Assembly (NCBI GenBank): GCA_964035545.1
Contig: CAXIUT010000050.1
Location: 1-26,405 of the forward strand
DNA length: 26,405 bases
Direction of reading: 5' to 3'
Origin: Bugula neritina
Lineage: Eukaryota > Animalia > Bryozoa
The number at the start of each line of letters is the position of its first letter. Position 1 is the first letter of the stretch. Below, piece after piece: positions 1 to 11,351 of this stretch. The position numbers and the translations under genes are program-made. Below the pieces are notes generated by a model, which was not told where the DNA came from, made no database searches, and was given only the letters and a program-made list of their open reading frames with translations.

Positions 1-140
1 CCCAACCCCAACCCCAACCCCAACCCCAACCCCAACCCCAACCCCAACCCCAACCCCAACCCCAACCCCGTTTGGGAAATGAACCCAACCCCAACCCCAA
101 CCCCAACCCCAACCCCAACCCCAACCCCAACCCCAACCCC
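1..140 (+). repeat. Left telomere, (CCCCAA)n, interrupted by GTTTGGGAAATGAA at about 70-83
   Basis: Tandem CCCCAA at the window start, the Tetrahymena-type telomeric unit. Confidence 0.97.
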
Positions 141-496
141 ATAGCGATGGTTATGATATAAAGATAAATTAAAAATATGATAGAATATTTATGAATAATC
201 AATTTGTTATTGTGATAAAGATAGTTTTTTAAAATTTGAATATTTTTTTTTGTTAAGGGTTTTTATGAAGAACTTCTGGTTCTATAACATTTTAATTATA
301 ATAAATATAGTCATGGCAGCAAGATGTTATGAAGGAACGATGTTAAGTAAGTTGAATGAAGGTATTTATTTTTTTACTAGCAAAAATATTTTTATTAAAA
401 AACATCTCAACACATAAAATATAAAATAACCCTGATCTGAAATAGATTGAACTCTAACTTCCCTCCCAAATATATAATTTAAAAAGTTGTGGGAGA

Positions 497-1209
497 ATGA
501 GTTCAAGAGTCATCCTGGATAATGTATCAGTGAGCAACAACCCAGCCCCCTTCTCAAACAACATCAATATGGAGATCACCTTTACTGCCACCTGTCCCAT
601 CCCAGATCTACTTTAGTGGAAAATCATCTATGTCGGATCAGCCAAAAATTAATCATATGATCAAATCCTAGAATAATTCTAGATTGGTCCAATAGAGGAA
701 TAATCAACTATGAAATTTGTCGTGGACTGTCCTGCACCTGATTCTTCAAAGATTCCAGTGGACTAATTGATATGTACAACTAATCTTATATAGGTGTCAC
801 TGCTTTAATAATAACTGTTAGTTACAAAAACCAGGAATTCATTAGAGTTGGCTACTATGTCCACAATGTTCTCACTGAATAGCTACCCTAGTAAGAAAGA
901 AATAGTCAATCTTTTGACTTGCTGGCTAAAAATACAAAAAGGACAATATTGACAGATAAACCTAGAATAACCAAGTTTAGAATCAACTGGGGAGATCAAG
1001 GCATGAAAGAAGAAACTAACAATGCCAAAATGAGACTAGAAGAGAGTCCTAACAATTCAAATGGAAGTCTTTTAGGTCATAAAATGAAAGGAAATAGATA
1101 ATCTTTGTCAGAAAAACTGTCAACTCATGAAGAAAAAGAGTTCAACTCACAATCCCTGATGAAAAGCTAAGGCCATAACGAATAAATCAAGTTCAAATAT
1201 CCAAGATGA
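497..1209 (+). CDS. ASF1: Histone H3-H4 chaperone ASF1 (intron 774-793; possible upstream exon from 313)
   Basis: With UAR=Glu: NNPAPF..LEWKIIYVGSA..YDQIL..IGP..PAPD..KIP..VTALIITVSYKNQEFIRVGYYVHN..KPRITKFRINW. Ends in TGA 1207-1209. Confidence 0.96.
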
Positions 1210-1396
1210 TTTCTTATCTTTATTTCAATCATTATTATAACATACCTTAATCGAATCATTCAGTTATCTTCATTTTCAACAGTCTATTATTCCAAATATT
1301 AGTTCTAATGAGTATTTAATTTTGAATTAGTCATCAATTAAGTTGTAACGCTTAAGCTTCAGTAGGATTTGTTTTTATTCATTTTATAATTTATAA

Positions 1397-2864
1397 ATGG
1401 TTCCTAAACCAAAATTGTCAAAATAGTAACAATAGCGTCTATAAAAATAACAAAGAATTCTGGATAGTTATAAAAAAAAATTTCTTATCCTCTTTGCTAT
1501 CTATGAAGTAGCAGTAATCATTCTCAATGGATTTTTTGTACGCCCATCTTCATACATCCTCACAACTCAACTAGACAACGCCCTCTTCACAGCAACAGCT
1601 TCGCTTCTCCTTGTACTTGCAGGTATTTCTTTCTTACATAGGATTTGGACTCTTCTTTTCATATTTGAAAAGCTACAGTTGGTCAGGACTTGGATTCACT
1701 TTATTTATCACCGCAGTCTCATTCCAAATGCATTTTCTAGTCAATGGGTTTTGGATTCGCACACATATTAACAATACCAGTACTACCTTTTCATAAACAA
1801 CCATTTCTGCCTATCTTTCAAATGAAGTATTCTCAACAAATTAACTCAATACTTTCGGAGCAACTGTAGTAGGAGCTGCAAGATGTGGATTAGCTTTAAG
1901 TATTGTATTTGCAGCTGTTGCTGGTAGAGCTGGATATCTATAAGCCTTTTTTATTGCTGTTGTTGGCAATTTTATTTACCAATTTAACGTTTAATTGACC
2001 AGTCGCTATGCAGTAGATAATGGAGGGTCGATCATGATATTCCTTTTCGCTGGAATGATGGGAACCGTTTTAGCTCTTCTGCTTTCCTATAGTCAAGGCA
2101 GTCAAATTAACGTTCACTCTCATTACTCAGCCAGTAAAATGAGTCGAGTTCTGGCTTTAATAGGTTCAGCTATCTGCTGGGTTCTTTTTCCTTCTCTCAA
2201 TATGGATATTTCTCCTCAACTCTTCACCTTCTCCCATGGAGGAATATCAACTGTTATTTGTATTTCAGTTGCAGTCGTAACGATGGTTGGTCTTTGTCTG
2301 GCAGTAGATATGAAAATATAAGTCAGAAATCTTATAACTGCACCTATCGCAGCTGGAGTTATAGTTGGAAGTTCAAGCAGCTACATATATAATCCACTTG
2401 GAGCAGCTATTTTGGGAGCTATATCAGCAGTTCTACAGTTTCTATTCAATAAACTATAAGTCAGAATGGGTATGAGACCTTTCTGGTCCAATGGCGTCTT
2501 CTTCTTATTTGCAGTTCAAGGACTAATCGGTGGAATATCTTCTGCTATTTTCAGAGCAATCAATCAAACTTCTGGTTCTTTTAGTTCTCGCTATAATTCA
2601 CTTCCAAGTTCATTGATACATGATCAAGTCGATCAACTAACAGGAACTTTTATCAGTATGGGAGTTGGTGCCTCTGGAGGTGTTCTGATGTTTCTACTGG
2701 TTCGGTTATTTAACAAAGAAAATCGCAGTACTTTTTATCAGGATAAGGGCAACTGGATAATGAATGAAACAGGTCTAATGGATTAATGGCCAGATTAATC
2801 AGAAAAAGAACTAGTCTTAGTTGAAGGTAGTTAAAATGCCTTCAAAGAACATACCTATCTTTGA
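1397..2864 (+). CDS. Rh-family (Amt/Mep/Rh) membrane channel, divergent (intron 1623-1641)
   Basis: Multi-TM protein with GFGLFFSYLKSYSWSGLGF, DNGGSIMI, IGSAICWVLFPSLN and AAGVIVG, matching Rh motifs. Ends in TGA 2862-2864. Confidence 0.88.
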
Positions 2865-2912
2865 CTTTATAAACTTATATTATTTACTAGTTATAATAAA
2901 AGTGTTATTATA

Positions 2913-3758
2913 TCATTTAAAAGTTTTAGACATTTCTCTGAGACTTAATCTAAACCTCTATTATTCCTTTTAACTTTTGAACAGCTTGTCTCTATCAGCT
3001 ATGGATCTAGTAGGTTGATTTGCTAAAGGATTCATGGTGAGCATGACTCTCCAATTAGAACTAAGAGGTTTGATACTTGGTTGATATGTAAAATTATGCT
3101 AGTTATTTTTATTGTATTTTTGAGATGTCAGTTATTGATAGCCTTCAGATTGTTTTGATTTCATAGTTGTTCCGAAAAGGTTATTTGAAGAAGTAAACAA
3201 AATAGCCTGTGTATCTTGAGTTTTTGTTTATAAAAAACATGGAGTTTTCAATTGAATATCTTTTTTAACTAACCTACTCTTGTCTGTTAAAGACGTTACT
3301 TTAAAGTTGCTTTGTGATTTAGACTTCTTTTGCATTTTAGGTTTAGGTTTTTATTATGTTTATTCACGATGTTAAGGATTCCCTTCAGCTGCTGCCACTT
3401 GGGTTTGAGCAAGAAACATTTATATCTAGTTCATAACCTTTGGTTTTGTCTTTGGTACTTCTACTTCTTTTTATATTTCTTATTTTTTTACTTCTAATTT
3501 TTTAGATTATTTTTATTTATTCTAATTAAGTTTAGCACTTCTCTTTGGTCTTTTATTTTTATCATTTGCTTTCTTGTTTTACTCGTTCATCAATTTTTAT
3601 AGAAAGTCTTCTTCTTCAGATGAAGACTAATATGTTATTTTCTTTTTAGGTCTATCAAGTTGTAACAATTATCGATATGATTTATGCACTGGTTTTTGAT
3701 AGACAGGTTTTAGTGAAATAGTCTTTTTTTAAGATGATAGAAGCTGATGAACTTTCAT
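2913..3758 (-). CDS. Hypothetical Lys/Glu-rich low-complexity protein, about 281 aa
   Basis: ATG 3758 and TGA 2913-2915 share a frame under table 30 (both ends read, middle spot-checked). No domain recognised. Confidence 0.7.
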
Positions 3759-3837
3759 GAGTGATTCTATATTAAAACTATTACCTAATTGATCAATAAA
3801 AGGATAATCTAAATATATAACTTTTTGAAATAAACTA

Positions 3838-4857
3838 TCATTTTAACTTAACAGAAGCTATCTTGCCGTACTTTAAGTTTCTTTCTCCCTAATATCCAAG
3901 ACCTGGATTTTATTTTATATAATGACCAGCAGATCTTCGTTTACTTTGAGCCTTTTCAAACTTTCCTCTCAATTTCACTCTACCATTAGCATCTACTTTC
4001 TTTCTTTTCTTTATTAAACCTTTATTCTTTAGTATTTTCTATGAAGCCAATCTACCTTCATTTTATTTGACCTTGATAAATGCAGGCTTCTTATTTGCCT
4101 TTCTTTCTTATCTTTTTTGCTGTTTTTGAATAGACTTTTCGTTATCATGCTTTTGTTTAGCTTATTAATAAAATTTTAGTCCTTTCTACATTTCTTCAAA
4201 GTTAAGTTTTCTGATTTTTTTCTTTGGTTTTTCTTCACTTATTTACTACTCATATTCCTAACTAACATCTTAATTTTCGTCATCGATTTACTCTTAATCT
4301 TCTCCAAAAGATTATTCTTACTCATCTTAGATTTAATCTTGAACAGTAGATGAATCGAATAGTTTCTTCAATTTATTGATATCTTGCTTCAAAGTTAGAG
4401 TTTGAGTGAAAATAGGATGATACTCAACATAGGGTATTCTTAGTTAACGTAATGATATCAAAGCCATCAAATAAGCTTGAATTTGAGTTTATAGAATTGT
4501 TTTTAACTTTGAATCTACTTCTTCACTAATTTTTATACCCAAATTAGCCATTCTAGCTATTTATTTGGTCAAATATCTATGAGAAAGAGTCTTTTCTGTC
4601 TCTTTTTCATCTTCTTCTTAAGACTCGTCTTCTTAATCTTGTAAATTATCTTCAGGCAAGTTATAAAGATCTTAGTGTTTGAGTTATTAAAGTTGATGTT
4701 AATAAAGTTTTTGTGCTTCTCTTTCTTCTTAATCAGATTGGGAATATTACTCTTATCCTTGCTGATAATAGTTTTATTTCTTGTTTCCCCAAGCCATAAT
4801 ATCATCCATTTGTTCATCTTCATCGGGCACAGTTCTATGTTTTTGAGTTCTAGGCAT
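3838..4857 (-). CDS. UTP3: Sas10/Utp3 SSU processome component, about 339 aa
   Basis: N-terminal AWGNKKENYY..EEEREAQKL, central HPIF, and basic C-terminus RKKVDANGRVKLRGKFEKA..GYEGE..ASVKLK typical of Sas10. Confidence 0.88.
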
Positions 4858-5172
4858 CTGTTGAAATTATAATTATTTCTATCTATTCAATAAACTAAGA
4901 TTAAGAGTACTTAACAATCCTATAATAAATCTTTAAATGGATCAAATAAGAAAGATTTTGTAGAATTTAAGTTGATAATTTAGGCCGATATTAGTCGTAT
5001 TGGCTTAACTTTGGAGTGTTTTTGTTGATTATATTGATCATATCTCATGTAAAAGAACTGCCTAGCATCCATCATTTATGATAAAGCTTTATCTCGTTCT
5101 CATAGTCAATCACAACAGCTATATCCCTATCCACAAAAATAGAAAATTATTAGTAATAAAAATAGGGAAAAC
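4858..5172. promoter_or_regulatory. Putative bidirectional promoter (UTP3 / carboxypeptidase)
   Basis: Interval between divergent start codons. Inferred from position only. Confidence 0.4.
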
Positions 5173-7050
5173 ATGTCTTAATCCATTAACAACTCCAACA
5201 AAATGATCAAAATCACACAATTCAACTCCAGCTTGCTCCTCAAATAGCGAGCCATCACTCCTGCTAGTCATCCGCACCCCCTCTCAGCTTCTCCACACCA
5301 ACACTTTACTCTCATGAAAATTAAAGAACAGTACAAAAAAAGCCATAATAAGCTAGCCATTCACCCCACACCAACATTCTAGAGCTAGACCTTAAAAGTA
5401 GACAAAGATATTAGAAATAGCAAAGATCGAAAAGATCTAAATGCATTTAGCAATCGTACATAAAAACCTGGAAAAATATTAATGACTTCTAAATGGAGAT
5501 TTAGAAAGGATTTAGGAGATCTAGATTTGCTTTCTAATTAAATAAACTGTGGATCAGTGGTAGTAGTCAAGCCATATCAGTCATAAAGCAGAACAGAAAA
5601 AACAGAAAAATAAAGTAACATTCGAACAATGCAAATTAAAAAAAAGTAGGTATTAAACAATGGAAGTTCAAAAGTTTATAGTTAAAAATAAAGAATAAGA
5701 GCCTTTTTAGAATAAAGCAAATAAGAAGTAGTCTTAAAAAAAAACATAGGTTCTCCCAGAAAAAGATATGACAGACATATTGAAGAACAAAAAAAATATC
5801 AATAAAATATATAAAAATAAAAAAGATAATGGCTATCAATTAGAAAATAGGTAAATAAAAACTATGCCAAACCTTTTTCACCTCCTGAAAATGTAACTGC
5901 TTTTGCTTACGTAATTTACTAAGCAGACAGCCAAAGAAGACCTAAGGTGAGAAAGATGAGTGCTAGAAGGCATTAATAAGGAACATAAATGAGAAAAGTG
6001 TTTCAGCATAGTTATAAAGTAATGGTTTCATTGAATAGTAGAACTGCTTTGTAGATGGCTTCACTTACAAAAATTATGACTTGTATAGTTGCTATTGAAA
6101 TAGGCAAAAAATATCATATAGATCTTAATTCTGAAGAAATTAAAATAGGATCTTTTTAGCAGAATATCGGAGGAACTTCGGCAAATATAAAAAAAGGATA
6201 AATATATACAGTTAAACAATTATTATATGGATTGATGTTACCTAGTGGAAATGATGCTAGTTTGGCTATAGCTGTTTGGGGAGGAAAGAAGTTGCTAGAA
6301 AACAAGTAACCAGGAAAATATAAAAAGAAATAAAATTATGAACGATTTATAGTTGAAATGAATGCTAAGGCAAACTAACTTAATATGGAAAAAACAAAAT
6401 ATTGTAATTCTCATGGTTTGTCTCATAGTTAAAATCGTTCTTGCTGTTTTTAATTAGCAATGCTATCGTAATATGCTATGAATAATCCCCTTTTTAGAGA
6501 GATAGTGTCAACTAAGATGTTTTAAACTTAAATAAAAATAGAAGTTGATCGGGCCTAAAGTCCAAGATCACTGATGAAAGATAGTATCAGAGATAGTAAA
6601 AATAGTATAAAACAGAAAAAGAGTATAAATTATCGTTAAAGAAATATAGAAGAAGAAAGTATGATGGAATTATAAGAACTAAAAGATACTGAAGAACAGT
6701 TTTAGGATTGGCCAATTGAAGAGTAGGAAATTTATCAAGAAGGAATGAAACAATACCTCAGTAAAACAGTCAGTTGGGAGAACACTCATCAGTTACTCCA
6801 AAATAAATCTGATTTATATATAGGTATCAAAACAGGAGTAACTACTACAGCTGGTCCTTGTCTTGCTAGTTGCTTTTAAATTAATGGAAGAAGATTTATT
6901 ATTGTGGTGCTTAATTGCAAAAGTATGAAGTACAGAATGAAAGATACTGAAATTTTAAGGAAATGGTTGTTTAGTAAAGAGGGAATAAAAAGATAAGAAA
7001 AAGGGAATTATTAGGGAAAGACTAATTATGAAGATGAGGTTACTTGTTGA
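5173..7050 (+). CDS. D-alanyl-D-alanine carboxypeptidase-like protein (peptidase S11, low-MW PBP fold), 625 aa, intronless
   Basis: SxxK in MASLTKIMT (about 6055-6081), SxN in [10 protein letters not shown] (about 6244), NSHGL (about 6406), and KTG in [16 protein letters not shown] (about 6829). Confidence 0.93.
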
Positions 7051-7193
7051 TTTTAATATCTTTAAAGTATCTTATAAAATGATTAAAATAGATTCAATAG
7101 CCTGAATTCGAATATATATATAAAATGCTTTAAATCAACAAGTAAGATATAATTCATAAGTATTTAAAATTGATATATTTATAATAGGATTGA

Positions 7194-8358
7194 TCATTAT
7201 TATACTTTAGTTTTATCTCCTCTTTTTAGATCAATAATAACTTTATCAAAGTAAGCGTCTCTTCCATTCACAGCCATTTTCACAAAGCAGTCATTGAGTT
7301 AAAGTTCAATTCTGTCATGTTTTGATCTCCTTTTCACATATTTTGGTGTATATACTCCAAACATCAAAGCATTTATCTTATCCTTTATTAAGTTGTTAAA
7401 ATCTTTCTCATTCTCAACACCAGAAGAATCATCTTCAGAATTATCCTAAGACTTCTTCTCAGATTTTTTCTCATTCTTTTTTTATTCTATTTTATGTATC
7501 TATTAAAAATCTTATGCTTTAAGGATAGCTGGATCAATCATCTTAGGATCTCTGCTGGTTCTGTTGTTATTTTGATATTCCATTAGATCATCTTCAGACC
7601 ATTCATCTTCGTCTTATTATTTATCAGAAGATTTGTGAGAAATAGCTGATTTCGTTTATTCCTTAATTTCTGCTATTGAAGTTAGTTAGGGACATTTTTC
7701 ATGTTATTTTGTCTGCTATGAGCGATTATTTAACTCAGGCTATGAGTGAGTCAAATATCTCGATGAAAATAAACCCTATTTTTTATTATTTTGAGCTTTA
7801 TCACTTATCTTTTGTAAGTTCTATGGATTGATATACTTATTTTGTTATGAAAGAATTTATTCTTTGAACGATTGATTTTTTGACTTATTTTTCGATGAAT
7901 GGCTTTCTTCTTTCTTTGATTTAGCAGTTCCTTCTGATTTACTTCCATTAGATAGTCTTTCTTCTTGGGTCAATTTACTTCTAGGAGACTATTTTTTTTC
8001 CTTTGCTGAAATTTTACTCCTCTTTTTTGTTTATTTATTAATTCCAAAATCTTGGTCATGTCTATTTTGAGCTGCTTTATCGAAAAAATCAGCCTGATGG
8101 TTTAGATGATATTTAACAGCCTAAATAATATTTTAATTACATTGATGAAGGTGAGAGCTTTTTCATTACTCAAAGATTATAGTTTATATTATTTTTTGTG
8201 GGCAGTTAACAAGTCAAATTCCATTTGATTAATGATTTCAAGGTAAAATCGATGAACAGAGTACATATTCTGGTACATTTTTTGTCCTGGTTTGTGGGTA
8301 TCGCCTGTTTCCTCTTTTTTAATTTATTTCATTTGTCTTCTTCTCTTTGATTTATGCT
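7194..8358 (-). CDS. Probable TFIIA large subunit (TOA1/GTF2A1-like), likely 5'-truncated at the internal telomere (intron 8121-8140)
   Basis: C-terminal NSEDDSS..ALMFGVY..IELELNDCFVKMAVNGRDAYFDKVIIDL resembles the TFIIA beta region. It has an N-terminal helix RFYLEIINQM and a long charged linker. The frame stays open to the junction, with the first ATG at 8332. Confidence 0.62.
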
Positions 8359-8434
8359 CCCAACCCCAACCCCAACCCCAACCCCCAACCCCAACCCCAA
8401 CCCCAACCCCAACACCCAACCCAAACCCAACCCC
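8359..8434 (+). repeat. Internal telomeric tract (CCCCAA)n with variant units
   Basis: About 76 bp, including CCCCCAA, CACCCAA and CCCAAA variants. Same orientation as a left chromosome end. Confidence 0.96.
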
Positions 8435-8739
8435 TTATATCTTTTAAAAATGTCCAATTGTAATTATAGTTATTGAAATGATAAATAAGATCCAAAAAAC
8501 AGAATAAATCTATTTTAAGTGCTTTAGTAAATAATGCAAAATAAAATTATTTGGAATACATTTCCTTTTGAATTATTTGTATTAAGCTATTGTTATATTA
8601 TTGTATCCTCAACTATTTTTGTTAAATATCAATATTAAGACAAGTTATTTTAAATTTCATTAGATAAAAAAGTTTTGATATCTATGACTCTTAGTTATAA
8701 GCTTTTTAATGAAAAATAAAGACGATTTAATTATATTTG

Positions 8740-10621
8740 ATGATCGAATTAGTGTTTTCTGTCAGTGCCAATACTAATCTAGGCGAGCATGTTCATGTAG
8801 TAGGGGCAATTTCCTAACTAGGTAAATGGAATCCTCAAGCTTCTTTTCAACTCAAATATAACAAATAAAAATGGAAAGGACGACTGTGTATCTCCTCTAC
8901 AGGTTTATTATTTCATATTAAGATAACAAAATAGAGTTTAAACTCATAAAAATCAAAGGAAATGGAGAAGTAGAATGGTAATAATTTCCTAATAATGCCA
9001 ATCGTAAATTTAAGTTCAAATTTTCAAGTAAAATTCATATGATATGGAACTAACATAAAGGTAGAGTCGATTCCATTAACAGCAGCTATAAATCAAAAGG
9101 AATACCAGCTCTAAGTAAATATTTCTTAATATAGTGCTGAAGAAAGAGAAAGAAATAGTCAAAATTTACGAGGAATTTGACCCATATTCTGAGGCGCATG
9201 AAGATAGCGAATAGTAGAATGAAGAATTCATGCATGTTCCACGTAAAATGAGTGATAAGATATAAATAAACAATAAAGATCTTTAAAAGGTATACTACAG
9301 AAATAGTTCTCTTTAAAATATGTCCGGATTATCTAAAAAAACTAAAATATATGTAGTTAGCGATTAGGTTTAAAATTTACAACCTTACTGTCAAAAGCTA
9401 TAAGAAGAACTTCATAATTTATCTGTTAACTATTATACTCGATGGATAACAGTAGACTGTATCAAAGGGAATGGTGAAAGTTACATTAAAAAGATGAGAA
9501 AGAGAGGTTCCATTTATGATATCAGAGCTTAATAGTTATACTTTAGATATCTCTGCAGTGGACTAAGTTATTTTATAGTTTTGGACATCGATGTTGCTTT
9601 GCAATTGATTAAAACGCTTACTTCTGTCAGTTGTTGTCTGTTTTTATCTTCTAATCAGTATGATCGAGTAATATCTGTTCTACCTGAATTATCTTCAATC
9701 GATCTCATCTGTTTTGATTCAAATAAGGCCAATCATGACTTTTACTCTTATCTCAAGAAAAAGGATAAAGGTTTAGTTGAATAAGATAGTTAAAAAGAAT
9801 CATTAAATACTGAAAAACCTTCTATTGAGTCTATAGTAGTTGAACTTCAAAAACTAAAGTTCAAAGAATAAGAAATCCTTAGCACAGGAAAGTAGATATC
9901 ATAGAGATAGTTGATTGAAGTGATTGGTCGAAATAAAGATGTTCTCATTGTTGATTAAATGATAGCTAAGAATAAAAAAAAGTTATTTATTGGTTAAGGT
10001 AATAAAAAACAATATTATTCTATGATGATTATTATTTGTAAATAAGAGATTCCTGAATAGTTAGATGAACTTATGGAATAAAGGAACAATGTTTTTATTT
10101 CTTAAAACTTTTAAAAAATAAGGCTTTAAAATAAAATTTACTTTCCTCTCAAAAGTTTTAGATAGATAATTGATCATTTAAAAGTTAAAGCCAAAGTTTA
10201 TCAGCAATCCCAAGGAGGATAAATCATCTAAAAAGATCATTCTTTGGTATATTATCTACCAACAGGCAAGGAGGACATTGCTATTGTAGTTGAAAAATAA
10301 TGCAGAAAGGTCGTATAAAATTATTAGTTTGTAAAAATATCTAGAAAAGGTATAAGGGTAAAAGTTAGTTGGAGTCTATCTAAAGAAGCTCGACTACTCA
10401 GAACTCTATGTGAACTAAAGGAGATGGATAGTGGTTTATTGGGAGATTTCAACCTTATAACAGGGACTACTTGTTTCCAGCACATAAAAGAAGAAATTAA
10501 GTTGTTAGTCGAGTTAATGCCCAGGCTATTTATAAATCGGTAAAAGACTCATATTCATGAATATGAACTCTAAGTTAGTGGTAAAAATACTGCCAAAACT
10601 ACTTCATAATCGTTACAATGA
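8740..10621 (+). CDS. CBM20 starch-binding domain protein with degenerate trehalose-6-P synthase/phosphatase-like body (introns 8903-8922, 9115-9134)
   Basis: CBM20 is clear: TNLGEHVHVVGAISELGKWNP..KW..IEFK..VEWE..NR. Weak TPS/TPP echoes: SIDLICFDS..HDF, QSQGGEIIEKDHSLVYY, LLGDF. Confidence 0.72.
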
Positions 10622-10642
10622 TAATATAACTTTGATTGTGAT

Positions 10643-11121
10643 ATGACAAATAAAATGCCATCAGGTCCTTCTTTTAGACGCAATGAAGATCTAAGAAAAG
10701 ACATTATCAAAAACACCAGCATGCATGAAGAAAGACCATAAAATTTAGATCTTTCAAGCATACCGAGACTGGCATTCCAACCTAAATAAGCTCGAGATGA
10801 ATCTTGTCTATCAACCGAAAGAAATATGAAATTTAAATGCGAACAGTTATCAGAAAAGATGGAAGAACTTGCTTCTGAAGTTAAACTTACCAGATAGGAA
10901 TTCAGAGTATCAATATTTTTATGAAGGAACTCCTCGATTTAACCTCATTTTTGAGAAATAGTTTGGTCTACGAAAAACTCTATGGAATGAAAGGTTAACT
11001 AGATGGAAGACTTCGAGGCTTATAAACCCAAATCAGAGATGGCAAATAATCAGCTCACGATCGATATAAATAAGTAAGAAAGGACTGTGGAATTCTTTGG
11101 GATCAGACGTAACAACTTAGA
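10643..11121 (+). CDS. Hypothetical coiled-coil protein, 3'-truncated by the telomeric tract (intron 10907-10926)
   Basis: MTNKMPSGPSF... A 20-nt GT-AG intron removes an in-frame TGA. No stop occurs before the CCCCAA repeats. Confidence 0.68.
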
Positions 11122-11196
11122 CCCAACCCCAACCCCAACCCCAACCCCAACCCCAACCCCAACCCCAACCCCAACCCCAACCCCAACCCCAACCCC
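11122..11196 (+). repeat. Internal telomeric tract (CCCCAA)n, the left end of the 15-kb telomere-to-telomere unit
   Basis: About 75 bp of perfect repeats followed by an AT-rich subtelomere. Confidence 0.97.
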
Positions 11197-11351
11197 TAGT
11201 CTTTTTGATAATAATGATAACTGATTTTGTTACAACAATATTAGAACTATTTATCAAATTTAAATTAAACTATTTTTATTCAATAAAATTGACTTTATTT
11301 ATCAAATTGCTAACTAACTTTATTTGGCTTATAACTATATTTAAACAACAG

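Noticed and set aside
141-200. Conserved chromosome-breakage motif next to telomeres
   Set aside because: Comparing the four telomere-adjacent sequences by eye shows only AT richness and no fixed-distance motif.
4569-5839. Track ORFs 4569-4823, 4675-4872 and 5636-5839 (likewise 10570-10761, 11589-11965, 12224-12466, 17295-17599, 19470-19676, 20350-20547, 21272-21475, 21482-21664, 21685-21915, 22772-22966, 25625-25831)
   Set aside because: Off-frame or antisense shadows of better-supported genes.
5173-7050. Bacterial contamination (PBP gene, also the SodB-like gene at 21202)
   Set aside because: Both use in-frame TAA/TAG, SOD has a 20-nt intron, and both are flanked by eukaryotic genes.
8359-11196. 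Telomere-bearing transposon, or CRISPR-like array bounded by the internal repeats
   Set aside because: The tracts are direct rather than inverted, no transposase or spacer structure is present, and the content is ordinary cellular genes.
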